Origin: the human T2T-CHM13v2.0 reference genome, Homo sapiens
NCBI RefSeq assembly: GCF_009914755.1
Contig: NC_060928.1
Direction: 5' to 3' (one strand)
Length of the DNA: 64,000 nucleotides
The notes under the pieces are model-generated. The model was not told the DNA's origin. It saw only the letters and a program-made list of their open reading frames with translations, and made no database searches. The position numbers were made by a program, and so were the translations under genes. Positions within the stretch are counted from its first letter, which is position 1. Every line of letters begins with the position of its first letter. This document shows positions 1 through 12,900 of this stretch, piece by piece.

Positions 1-1273
1 CCTTTTTGTTGACGTTGATGCTATTGCTTTCTGTTTGTTAGTTTTCCTTCTAACAGTCAGGCCCCTCTTCTGCAGGTCTGCTGGAGTTTGCTGGGGGGCC
101 ACTCCAGACCCTCTTTGCCTGGGTATCACCAGCAGAGGCTGCAGAACAGCAAAGATTGCTGCCTGCTCCTTCTTCTGGAAGCTTCGTCCCAGAGGGACAC
201 CCACCAGATGCCAGCTCGAGCTCTCCTGTAAAAGGTGTCTGTCGACCCCTGCTGGGAGGTGTCTCCCCATCAGGAGGTGCAGGGGTCAGGGACCCACTTG
301 AAGAGGCTGTCTGTCCCTTAGCAGAACTCAAGCACTGTGCAGGAGATCTCCTGAGCTCTTCATAGCCAGCAGGCAGGAATGTTTACGTCTGCTGAATCTG
401 GGCCCACGGCCAACCCTTCCCCCAGGTACTCTGTCCCAGGGAGATGGGAGTTTTATCTCTCAGCCATTGACTGGGGTTGCTGCCTTTCTTTCTGAGATTC
501 CCTGCCCAGAGAAGAGGAATCTAGAGAGGCAGTCTGGCTACAGCGACTTTGTAGTACTGTGGTTGGCTCCGCCCAGTCTGAACTTCCAGGGGCTTTGTTT
601 ACACTGTGAGGGTTAAAGACCACCTACCGAAGCCTCAGTAATGAGGACACCCCTCCCCGCCACCAAACCCGAGCGTCCCAGGTCGACTTCAGACTGCTGT
701 GCTGCCAGCGAGAATTTCAAGCCAGTGGATCTTAGCTTGCTGGGCTCCATGAGGGTGGGATCTGCTGAACTAAACCACTTGGCTCCCTGGCTTCAGCCCC
801 CTTTCCAGGGGAGTGAATGCTTCTGTCTCACTAGAGTTCCAGGTGCCACTGGGGTATGAAAAAACACTCCTGCAGCTAGCGTGGTGTCTGCGCAAACGTC
901 CGCCCAGCTTTGTGCTTGAACCCAGGGCCCCGGTGGTGTAGGCACCAGAGGGAATCTCCTGGGATGCAGGTTGTGAAGACCACGGAAAAAGTGTAGTATC
1001 TGGGCCAGAGTGCACTGTTCCTCATGGCACAGTCCCTCACGGCTTCCCTTGCCTAGGGGAGGCAGTTCCCCAACCCCTGCACTTCCCAGAGGAGGCAACA
1101 CCCCACCCTGCTTCTGCTTGCCCTCTGTGGGCTGCACCCACTGTCTAACCAGTCCCAGTGAGATGAGTCAGGTAACTCAGTTGGAAATGCAGAAATCACC
1201 TGCCTTCTGCTTTGGTCTTGCTGGGAGCTGCAGACCAGAGCTGTTCCTATTTGGCCATCTTGCCTGGGAACCC
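1..1273 (-). mobile_element. LINE-1 5' UTR (L1PA7/L1PA8-like); element continues left of the window
   Basis: Reverse-strand L1 5' UTR motifs: GTTAGTTTTCCTTCTAACAGTCAGG, CAGTTGGAAATGCAGAAATCACC, and the terminal GAGCTGTTCCTATTTGGCCATCTTG (reverse complement of CAAGATGGCC, YY1 site). It retains the CCACTCCAGACCC...GGCTGCAGAACAGC segment that was lost in L1PA3 and younger elements. Confidence 0.9.
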
Positions 1274-1699
1274 TCTCCTCATTCGCAGAAATTCACTGCT
1301 GTAGAAGCAAGTACAGATCACCAGCAAGGATGCGTATTTTATAACATTGTAACTGGTTTAGTTCATTCTTCCAAGAAAATGTTTCTGGCATGTTTATAGC
1401 TTCAAATCATGTTTACATGCTTTCCAGGAACAATCGAATATAAATACATGTGTGTATTTGCATATACACATGTGCACATACACGTACACATATATATAAG
1501 CAAAATCATGTTGTTTTAGGACCCCCAAATAGGACGCTTTGAATACACAAAGAATTTTATTTATCTCTGTAGTATTCTAATTTTCTTTTTATGTCTAAAT
1601 CCTCTGCCTCAGTTTGTTTTAATTATGTCATTTACTCATGGATTTAACAACTCTTGGGTAGGATAGGTACATGGTCTCATGCACCAGAAATGTAGGAGG

Positions 1700-2480
1700 G
1701 AATATTAAGTTCCTGTTTCCTAGTTGCCTGCAGGCTGCTGGTGGGAACATACACATTTAACAATTTCAGTTCATTGTGGTAGAAGTCTGAAAATAGTGAG
1801 TAGGAAGTAGAGAGGTGGGAAACCATGTCATCCTTGAGGGCTAAAGCAACATTTTCTGGAGAAGGCATTTCTTGAACCACAGTAGATGTATGTAACTGAA
1901 ATAATGGTGGCGGCGGCGGCGGCGGCGGTGGTGGTGGTAGTGGTAGTGGTTTGTGTTCGTGTCAAAGTGGAGGCAAGGAGTTGAAGGGTGAGGACTGGGA
2001 GGAAGAGGCTGTAGCAATACGGCTATATAGAAAAGGAAGGCTATGTATCTAGTACGTAGCAAGATCAAGATTACAGGAAAGCATTACATGCTCAAGGAGC
2101 GTAGAATAAATGTTGCAGAGCGGCAGGAAATGAGAGAATTAGAGCAGAAAATTACCTGTGCTGAGGAGTTCGCATTTTATTTAATTTTTTCTCTAGAAAA
2201 CAAAAGGCAGTCCTAGTGGATTTTACAACAGTTAGGAACATTGGAATTGCATTCAGGAAATACCAACTGAGCAGCAGTTTTGAAGAAGGATCAAGGAGGG
2301 TGGCGAGGAAGCAGCAGAAATGGAGATAGGAAAGCCAGTTAGGAAACTGTAGTAGTTGTTCCAAGAAATAAGTGATGATGGACTGATCAAAGGGAGTGAT
2401 GTGGGGGTAGAGTAGAAAGATGAGAAAAACTCTAGCTTTGAACTGTGTAGACTGGGATATTTATTTCATTTATCTGTCCT
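1700..2480 (-). mobile_element. Degenerate L2 LINE remnants
   Basis: Purine-rich L2-antisense-like phrases such as GGAAAGCCAGTTAGGAAACTGTAGTAGTTGTTCCAAG...GATGATGGACTG. Boundaries approximate. Confidence 0.45.
1905..1950 (+). repeat. Compound trinucleotide repeat GGT(GGC)6(GGT)4 followed by AGTGGT units
   Basis: Read directly from the sequence. Confidence 0.95.
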
Positions 2481-2735
2481 GTTTGAAGTAGCAAACCTAC
2501 AGTTCAATTACTGATTGGGAATCCACTGAAAATGGGAATGGGTTGAGGGAGAAGAGGGGCTAATTTTAAACTTAATAATTGCAAGAGCAGAAAGATATAT
2601 TAATAATTGAATTTAGGGTCCTGAACGCTTTCTCTCGTTCCCTAGAGGCACTAGGAGTGATTGTGAAGCCCGGTTTAGAACCCAGGCAGAGCCAGCTGGC
2701 TATCATGACTATGACCATTTGTCCCATCTCCCATA

Positions 2736-2926
2736 TACTGTCCCACATGGTCATCACTAGCCTCATGTGACTATTAAAATTAATTTAAATTAAACAAATT
2801 TGCAAAGTCTTTACTTGCACTTGTCACATTTCAAATTCTCAAATGTCACATCTCAAATTCTCAATAGGCTACCTGATCGGTTGGCACGGATGTCACGACG
2901 GACCAGACCAGACAACACAATTCTAG
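2736..2926. mobile_element. MER3/MER33-like hAT-Charlie MITE relic
   Basis: TACTGTCCCACATGGTCATCACTAGCCTCATGTGACTATTAAAATTAATTTAAATTAAA...CACATTTCAAATTCTCAA resembles the MER3 consensus. Contains an internal ~22-bp tandem duplication at 2822-2865. Confidence 0.65.
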
Positions 2927-3324
2927 ATTGTTAGAGCCCTCATGAAAGAATACAGTTTTGAATCACAAAATTAAACACACAGCTAAGTGTATTTTTACAT
3001 GTATATCTTTCTAACACTTTTAGAAGTAGAGAAACTTAATGATCATATTCTCATTCCAGAGTCGGGTCTGGTAAATAACACCTGAATCTTAAATGAGAAA
3101 AATTTAACTCCTTGAGTTCATAATTCAAATATTTTTCTTTTTCCTCAGTATGAGGCATAACTGAAAGCTACCCTGGCTCCTATAATTGACAAAAATCCCA
3201 TGTAACAAATCAAAGGGGCCTCTGCAGGACAAGACAGTTTTTTTCAAAGTATCTTATTTTCTTAATGTTTTTTTCAGAATCACAATTTCTGTTTTTAAAT
3301 TCACTATTAAAATTCATTGATGCC

Positions 3325-3655
<331 letters not shown>

Positions 3656-4156
3656 TCAGCAAAAGATAACATTTGAAATGACAGAATCTTACTACAGTGC
3701 AATTTCTAGCGCTCAGTGTGTAAAATATTGTTCACCACCCCTGACCCCTTAAAATATATGAGGCCACGGAAATCTCAAATGTCAATCTTTAATAACAGAG
3801 GTGCCAAATGATGGAATCTTTTATTTCTAAGGCAAATATACTTTGATCTTATAGGGAAAAATAAAGCTGCTTGCTATTTTAATTGCACACAACCTGAGTT
3901 CATTAAATGTTGTCTGTAGGTTAAGGGATGTTTTGCACCTGGTAGCGTGCTCATTATAAACAGATTATTTGATGTTCCTTTACCCTTATTTGAAAATGAG
4001 GTATTTAGGGGGAAGATCAGCTGGAAATAATGTAATGAAGGAAGGAGTGATAACTAGGGTTAATTGATAACTCCATTCCTAGCCTATTCTTCACAGAACC
4101 CTCTCCATGATATCGTTTACTGGCTATAAGCTTTTTGCATTTGCATATTTGTCTAA

Positions 4157-4501
<345 letters not shown>

Positions 4502-4699
4502 TAATTGAAGAGAAGTTTACTACTGCTTTTGTCTAATTCAATCCCAAAATTTTGAATTTTAATTCTCCTGTGTCAGAAATAGCTTCATGATGGGTCTCCT
4601 TGTTGATATACTCCTCTTCTTCCTATGCAAATTATTTTCATCATATCATTTTTTTCTTTTTTTTTTTTCTCAATATCCTTCAGACGGCACATGCAACTT

Positions 4700-5165
4700 G
4701 CAGAATAAAGTTTTGCCCTTAGCCTAGCATGCAAAGCCCTTCTGCCCTGTCCCAGTCTACAGCGGTGTACACCTAGTCACTTCATAGATGCTTTACTACT
4801 GTTCTTCTAGTTATCTTCAACTTGGTAAGGACACTCACTCCTACGACAGCCTCCTCTCAGCCTTGCTTCTTTTTCTCTATTCCAAGCCCTTCAGCCTTCA
4901 AATCACGTTTTCAGGGAGCCCTAGTCTCTAATAGTCCAATTTCACCCAATATTCCTCACTTTTCATGGAGTTTATTAATTTGATACATCTAAATACTCCC
5001 TTGTGACCATTCTTGAAATGAAATTTAATTAATGATAAAGACTTATGTAAGTCTATTTGTCGTGTCCCCCTTAGCTTGCTTGAGGGCAGTTGCCACGTCA
5101 TAAACTTGTGAGATTGTATTGGCAAGGGTGCACTGTTAAGTATTTGTTGATTGAGAATTCAAAGA
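4700..5165 (+). mobile_element. Degenerate L2 3' portion
   Basis: CTTCAAATCACG...TTCAGGGAGCCCT and terminal CACTGTTAAGTATTTGTTGATTGAG resemble the L2 3' end. Boundaries approximate. Confidence 0.4.
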
Positions 5166-5846
5166 ACAGATAATTTAACTTGTGTGCCTGGCCAGTTCAC
5201 TGATCCATACTGACCTTAGATGCAAAATAGACAGAATTAATGAAATATTGTTGTCCTTTTTATTGTGCTTAAGAATGCAGGGACAAGGGATTTTTGTCTT
5301 CGAATCTCCAAAGAGCTCTAAGATCCATAAATATTCATACTCTTTGTCGAAAGACGAGTCTGTTTCTAAACTAACATTTATATGTTCATGCAGTTACTTT
5401 TGAAAAGAATGTGGATTTGTATTTACCTGGCTATAAATATTAAATCATCTGAAGTAACTAGTTCTGTGTTAATTTAAAATGAAAATTTTATTCTGAGAGA
5501 ATAAAAACAACATATTTTATTGTTTTAATCCTGTTTTTCAATAAAAAATGAGACTTTGCACCCAATGGAAACTTCACTTCAGTAACTTCAAAGCTAATGG
5601 CGGTACTTTAAGAAGATCAAGTTTTATGTTGAAAAATAACCACCACAAGGCAAAATATTTGTATTTATAGGGATCTATTCCTTTGGATTAAAACAAGCAA
5701 AACAACACAAAGAGATAGATGAATCTAGATAATCAGAAAGATAGATATCACCCTTCTTTCTCCTTTCCTGCTCTATCCCAACACTCCTTCTGAATCATGC
5801 TTTGGTGCAAAATCATTGTTCTATACGGATTTGTATGAAATAGTTC

Positions 5847-7622
5847 TGGCACAGGATCCTAAAGGTATAACTTTGCCAGCTTGAAACCTCTGTGACCAGC
5901 AGCCTCTCAACTTGAATTTTGCTCACACCCACTGGGCTCGTTTGACTTACTTGGCTCGACAGGCTGCTCTTGGCTTGTGCTACCAGCCTAGATCCTACAA
6001 CTGCCAAGAACGAGCAAGGTGCGGAGTGGCAAAGGGGTGTGTGAGTGAGCAAACGTGGGGTCTAGCCACTGCCCACAGCCAGGCACTGACAGAGGTGCCG
6101 GCTCTGTGTGAAGCTGCGGCTGTACCAGATGTACCGCAAGTGGCTTCTGCTGTGGGCACCAGCATCTGGACAAGGAGAATGCAGTGACCCCCAAATGTCA
6201 GAGACACCAGGAACTGCAGAGCCCCAAAGAGAGTGTTACAGCATGTCACGGCGTTGGCTCAGGGAGCCCTAAGGTCTGGGCTCTCAGAAGGGGCACAGTT
6301 CTTCTCTCCTTCTTGTCACCTGCAGAGTGGCAAGGGGGTGGCGGGGGTGGGTGGGGTTGTTGCCAGGGGGTGTGGTTCAGCCCATTTGTGTTACAACTCT
6401 TTCACTCCCAACACACTGCTCTAGCCTGGGGCTCCTGGGCTGGCCAGTCCCACCACTGCTTCCTGTTATATAGGGCAGCTGCCTAGCGATGGTGGAAGGT
6501 GGGAGGGCTATAGTGTTAAAGCATCTCTGGCTCATGAAATCCTGCGGTCTGGGACCCCACAAGGGTCACCACTCTTCTCTCCCACAGTCCAGGAGCGTGC
6601 TACCACCCACAGCTTGGTGAGCCAGCCAGGAACATGTTACAGCTCTTTTCAGCCCTGCTGTTTAATGGGTCCTGAGTTCTTGTCCCACATCCAGGAAGAA
6701 TGAGGTTACATGGACAACTGGAGGGTGAGCAAGGCAGAGAGGAGCTTTATTGAGTGACAGAACAGCTCTCAGGAGACCCTAATTATGAAGCTACCGTTTG
6801 CAGGTAGGTCATCCCAATGAGTGTCTTGAGTCTGGCTGAGTCAGGGGTTTTTATAGGCTTAGAATGGAGGAAGTGCATCCTGATTGGTCCATGGATGGCC
6901 ATTGGGTGGACCTGGAAAAGCACCATCTGATTGGCTGAAAGGCATCAATGAGGTTCTCACTTCCGGTATGAACTCTACCGTGAACTGGCAGCTTGGCCCT
7001 CAGGCTTCAGGTCATGCCTGGCTCAAAGGTGGGGTTTCACTGGGGACCCGCTCTTTCCTGCCTGGGAACCTGTCTACCTCCCACCACTATCAAGATGCCG
7101 TCCATGGCACCCACCCAGGCTGTCCCTGCCGAGGAGCACCCACAGGCCCACGCAGAGCTGGCCTCAGTCCCCTGGCCTCCCTCCAATGCTCGTTGGTGCC
7201 CACAGCCTAGAGGGGGCTGAGGTGGCGGGAGGCTGGTATGTCCGCACCATTGCAAGCATGCACACACCTAGCTGGGTCGTGACAGTGCCCAGGTTTGGCC
7301 ACAACTTTGCTCCATGCTGGAGCAGGTGCCCAGAGTGGGGAGAGGCAAGGGAGTGGGAGCAGGCACTTCCGAACCTGCTGAAACAGGGGACTTCTGGTCC
7401 CCCAGTTAAGTATGCACAGGGCACAGGGATGCCCAGGTCTGAAGCTACAACTGGGCTGCTTAGGAGCATGGGCTCCCACCCCATCAACTCTGTAGGACAC
7501 AGGGCTCCCACTGGGATCCCAGCCCACACCACCTCCGTGGAGCGCGCAGCCCCAGCCGCGCCTCTCACACCGTAGCTGGCATCCTTGCAACGGTTGCTCC
7601 AGACGGGCTGCCACTGCCATTA
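5847..7622 (-). mobile_element. MER52-family (MER52A-like) ERV1 solo LTR, ~1.78 kb
   Basis: GC-rich block with termini TGGCACAGGATCC...GAAACCTCTGTG and GCTCCAGACGGGCTGCCACTGCCATTA matching MER52 ends. Probable 4-bp TSD GTTC/GCTC. TATA, CCAAT and AATAAA occur in LTR order on the minus strand. Confidence 0.82.
6745..6935 (-). promoter_or_regulatory. LTR core promoter and polyA signal within MER52
   Basis: Minus strand: CCAAT boxes (ATTGG on + at ~6883, ~6901, ~6930), TATAAAA (TTTTATA on + at ~6849-6855), then AATAAA (TTTATT on + at 6746-6751). Motif evidence only. Confidence 0.55.
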
Positions 7623-7669
7623 GCTCAATAAAATGGAATTCAGTATTTATTATGTAGATACTAGTTATG

Positions 7670-7875
7670 AAAAGAGGATTGGAGTCAGACATACCAGGCT
7701 TTAAATTTGGTCTCTGCTAATTTCTAGTCATGCAAACTTGGAAAAGTTAGGTAAGCATTTTGAGCCTCATATCACTTTCTTAGTAACAGTAATTACTTAT
7801 CTTATAGGGGTTATAAAGATCAAAATAAGGTTGTATGAACCGGTTACTTAGGAACAGGTTAGTGTACAGCATGTC
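7670..7875 (+). mobile_element. MIR SINE remnant
   Basis: TTGGAGTCAGAC...TCTCTGCTAATTTCTAGTCATGCAAACTTGGAAAAGTTA...GAGCCTCA resembles the MIR core. Confidence 0.6.
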
Positions 7876-8384
7876 CTAAACAAAATGTCCATGCAGACAT
7901 AACTGCGGTTGTTGCGGACATTGTTCACCTAGGAAAAGCTATGGAAGGAACTACTCTTGAGTCTCATTCCCAGGGTAGGGGTTCAAGTCCTGACCAGCCA
8001 GTCTAATGTTAATTTGGTTAATACCCTGTCTCCAGCAGCTTTCTGTAATTTTGTTTTCTCTTGGCTCCTATGAAAACACTGAGCCAAATTTTAACTCCCT
8101 CAAAGCAATAGTAGAAAGCTTTGGGGCATATAATTTTAGTTACTAAACCTGTCTTTTTCTTATTATTTTAAAATCCTATTTTATATATTGTTTACTTATA
8201 TTTATATGTCAGATATTTATGTTGTACATTTTCTAATTTTATACTTAATTTTGCTGAAAATTTTTACTGTTTTATAAGTGTCTAGGTTTTGGGTAAGAGA
8301 TAAATAATTTATCTCTTACCTAGGTGTATAGAATATTGATTTTAAAAGTAGGCATTATTCTTTGTAAGTTATATATATATATAA

Positions 8385-8760
8385 AACAGTGAGGTTTGTG
8401 ACAATTTGAGAAAACTCACAGGCAAATAACAGAAATATCAGAAAAATATCAAAAATTAAGAAATATCTTGAAACTAAGATAAAGGTATGTTATAAATCCA
8501 TAAAATATATGTAGACACTAGTCTATTTTATCATTTACTACATAAAATATACACATATCAATTATAGAAAGCTAAAATTTATCAAAACTTACGCACACAA
8601 ACATAGACCATACATGATGTCATTGCAGTCAATGTAAGGCTTCTGTCAATGGTAGGCTATTAGTAGGTAAGTTTTTAAGGAGTCAAAAGCTGGATGCAAT
8701 TTCCAACTGTGCAAAGAGGTCAGAGCCCCTAACAGCTGAATTATTCAAGGGTCAACCATA
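8385..8760. mobile_element. Tigger2-family DNA transposon fragment
   Basis: GTAGGCTATTAGTAG...GGAGTCAAAAG and terminal TTATTCAAGGGTCAACC resemble the Tigger2 terminal inverted repeat. Confidence 0.7.
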
Positions 8761-9932
8761 GCTGGAAATGTGGATTACAAAGTACCTTCTTCAATGCGAT
8801 GGTCCACTGAGGGCTCATATTTATTCTTAGATTAGCTATCTTGATATGTCCTTGTATGCTAAGAACCTATAGAATTCAAAATCTGCAAATAGATATACAA
8901 ACCTTCTGAAGTATTTTATTCGCCCAATTCAAGAAACATATTCTTCATTAAAATTTCCACATCTTTAGTCTGTTTTGTGTTCTTTTATAATGTAAATGAT
9001 GAATTTATTGATAATGCCTAGCAGAGTGTGAAATTTCTATTGTGAATAATGTAGTCTAAGCATAATCAAAACTGTAATAGGGAAAATGCTGTCCTTCTAG
9101 TTTCTAGGGTACTGGCTGGGAGTATAATAAGCACAGATGATAATGATATAATTTTATGCCAGTCAGCTGATAAGTGATGCCAACTTATTGTAATAATCAT
9201 TTTGTAATATATTAATATAGCCATCAATAACCTAAAGCTTTGTAAAACTTTAATTTCTAGATCTAAGAAGAAAATGTGTATACTTTATATTGACCATATT
9301 TCTAGATATGAGAATAAGTCAATAATATTGATGCAATTGTATGTTTTCCTATTTTCCATTAGAATGTTTCTAACATACTGCATGAAAATTAAGGATTCAT
9401 AATTTCATTATATTTTCAGTATATTTAGAAAACTTAAGTATGATTAATGAAATAAAGACCTAAGAATTCCAAACATCATTTTAAAGTCTTGATTTATTAA
9501 TTTTGTTTGCCCTGTTAGAATTCTTCACAAGGCATTCTTATGTTAAATAAATTATTGGGATATTGTAATTTAAATTATAAATTTAGTTTAAAAAGAAAAA
9601 CACATAAAGGCATTTGGCCAAGAATAATCTTGTTATTGTTGCTGAGAAAGTCTAATTTATTTAAGGTCACAAAATCAAAGTTTTTACGACCAGTCTCTTT
9701 TCTTTCCAGTAAGCAAATAACAATTTGACTCCTTTTTGGGGAAGGAATACTGGAGAACTTGTCTCAGTAAGTCTTTCCTATTGCTATTTTTAAAATAAAA
9801 GCTATAGCATTATCTTTGTTTTCACTAGCTCCTACATTAAAATCCATAAGTCATTGTACGTTGAGTAACAGTACTTAAAAAAAATTCAAATCAGCATATT
9901 TCAGGTGTTAGATTTTAGGCAAGAATTACTAC

Positions 9933-12900
9933 TTTTTTTCCCATAAGTTATTGGGGTACAGGTGGTATTTGGTTACATGAGTAAGTTCTTTAGTGGTGAT
10001 TTGTGAGATTTTGGTGCACCCATCACCCGAGCAGTATACACTGCACCATATTTGCAGTCTTTTATCCCTCGGCCCCTCCCAGTCTTCCCCCCAAGTCCCC
10101 AAAGTCCATTGTATCATTCTTATGCCTTTGCATCCACATAGCTTAGCTCCCACATGTCCGTGAGAACATACGATGTTTGGTTTTCTGTTCCTGAGTTACT
10201 TCACTTAGAATAATAGTCTCCAGTCTCACCCAGGTCACTGCAAATGCTGTTAGTTCATTCCTTTTTATGGTATTCCATCATATACCAGTTTTTTATCCAC
10301 TCGTTGATTGAAGGGCTAAATTAGGGTTGGTTCCATGATTTTGCAATTATGAATTGTGCTTCCACAGACATGTGTGTGCAAGTATCTTTTTCAAATAATG
10401 ACTTCTTTTCCTCTGGGTAGATACCCAGTAGTGGGATTGATGGATCAAATGGTAGTTCTACTTTTAGTTCTTTAAAGAACCTCCACACTGTTTTCCATAG
10501 TGGCTGTGCTAGTTTACATCCCCACCAGCAGTGAGGAATGGTTCTCTGTTTGCCGCATCCACACCAGCATCTGCTGTTTTTTGATTTTTTTATTATGGCC
10601 ATTCTTGCAGGAGTATGGTGGTATTGCATTGTGGTTTCGATTCACATTTCCCTGATTGTTAGTGATATTGAGCATTTTTTCACATGTTTATTAGCCACTT
10701 GTATATCTTCTTTTGAGAATTGTTCATGCCCTTAGCACACTTTTTGATGGGGTTGTTTGTTTTCTTTCTTGCTGAATTGTTTGAGTTCGTTGTAGATTGT
10801 GGATATTAGTCCTTTGTCAAATGTATATATGGTGGAGATTTTCCCCCACTCTGTGGGTTGTCTGTTTACTCTGCTGACTGTTCTTTTGCCGTGCAAAAGC
10901 TCTTTAGTTTCATTAGGTCCCAGCTATTTATCTTTGTTTTTATTGTGTTTACCTTTGGGTTCTTGGTCATGAAATCCTTGCCTAAGCCAATGTCTAGAAG
11001 AATTTTTGTAGTTTCAGGTCTTAGGTTTAAGGCCTTGATCCAGCTTGAGTTTATTTTTTTGTATAAGGTGAGAGATGAGGATCCAGTTTCATTCCCCTAC
11101 ATGTGGCTAGCCAATTATCCCAGCACCATTTGTTGAAAAGGGTGCCCTTTCCCCACTTTGTTTTTGTTTGCATTGTTGAAGATCAGTTGGCTGTAAGTAT
11201 TTGGGTTTATTTCTGGGTTCTCTATTCTGTTCCATTGGCCTATGTGCCTATTTTTATACCTGTACCATGCTGTTTTGGTGATTATGGTCTTAAAGTATAG
11301 TGTGATGCCTCCAGATTTGTTATTTTTGCTTAGTCTTGCTTTGGATATGCAGGCTCTTTTTTGGTTCCATATGAATTTTAGAATTGTTTTTTCTAAACTT
11401 GTGAAGAATGATGGTGGTATTTTGATAGGGATCGCATTGAATTTGTAGACTACTTTTGGCAGTATGGTCATTTTCAAAATATTGATTCTACCCATCCATG
11501 AGCATGGGATGGGTTTCCATTTGTTTGTATCATCCATGATTTCTTTCAGCAATGTTTTTTTAGTTTTCCTTCTAGAGGTCTTTCGACTCCTTGGTTAGGT
11601 ATATTCCCAAGTATTTTATTTTTTGCAACCATTGTAAAAGGGGTGGAGCTGTCAATTTGATTCTCTGCTTGGTCGCTCTTGGTGTATAGAAGAACTACTG
11701 ATTTGTGTACATTAATCTTGTATCTGGAAACCTCGCTGAATTCTTTTATCAGTTCTAGGAGCTTTATGGAGGAGTCCTTAGGGTTTTCAAGGTAAACAAT
11801 CATATCATCAGCAAACAGTGACAGTCTGACTTTCTCTTTACCGATTTGCATGCCCTTTATTTCTTTCTCTTGTCTGATTGCTCTGACCAGGGCTTCCAGT
11901 AGTATGTTGAAGAGGAGTGGTGGGAGTGGACATCCTTGTGTTGTTCCAGTTCTCAGAGGGAATGCTTTCAACTTTTCCCCATTCAGTATTATGTTGGCTG
12001 TGGGTTTGTCATAGGTGGCTTTTACTACATTAAGGTATGTCCCTTGTATGCCAATTTTGCTGAGAGTTTTACTCATAAAGGGAGGCTGGATTTTGTTGAA
12101 TACTTTTTCTGCATATATTGAGATGATCATGTGATTTTTGTTTTTAATTCTGTTTATGTGGTGTACCACATTTATTGACTTGTGTATGTTAAACCATCCC
12201 TGGTGTAAAACCCAATTAATCATGGTGGATTATCTTTTTGATACGTTATTGGATTCGGTTAGCTAGTATTTTGTTAAGGATTTTAGCATCTATGTTCATC
12301 AAGGATATCAGTCTGTGGTTTTATTTTGGTTATGTCCTTTCTTCGTTTTGGTATTAGAGTGATGCTGGCTTCATAGAATTAATTAGGGAGGGTTCCTTCT
12401 TTCTCTATCTTGTGGAATAGTGTCAGAAGGATTGGTACCAATTCTTTGAATGTCTGGAATTCTGCTGTGAATCTGTCTGGTCCTGGACTTTTTTTTGTTG
12501 GTAATTTTAAAATTACCATTTCAATCTCACTGCTTGTTATTGTTCTGTTCAGGGTATCTAATTCTTCCTGATTTAAGCTACGAGGGTTGTATGTTTTCAG
12601 GAATGGATCCATCTCTTCTAGGTTTCTAATTTATGTTCATAAAGGTGTTCATAGTAGCCTTAAATGATCTTTTGTATTTCGGTGGTGTCAGTTGTAATAT
12701 CTGCTGTTTTGTTTCTTAATGAGGTTATTTGGATTTTCTCTCTTCTTTTCTTGGTTAATCTTGGTAATGGTCTATCAATTTTATTTATCTTTTCAGAGAA
12801 ACAGCTTTTTGTTTAATTTATCTTTTGTACTTTTGCTGTTTCAATTTCATTTAGTTCTGCTCTGATCTTGGTTATTTCCTTTCTTCTGCTGGATTTGGGT

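Noticed and set aside
1841-2068. ORF with poly-His/poly-Arg run
   Set aside because: It is the translation of the GGC/GGT microsatellite, with no other coding evidence.
5813-7692. Many overlapping 60-161 aa ORFs on both strands
   Set aside because: Expected from the GC-rich MER52 LTR; no gag/pol/env motifs.
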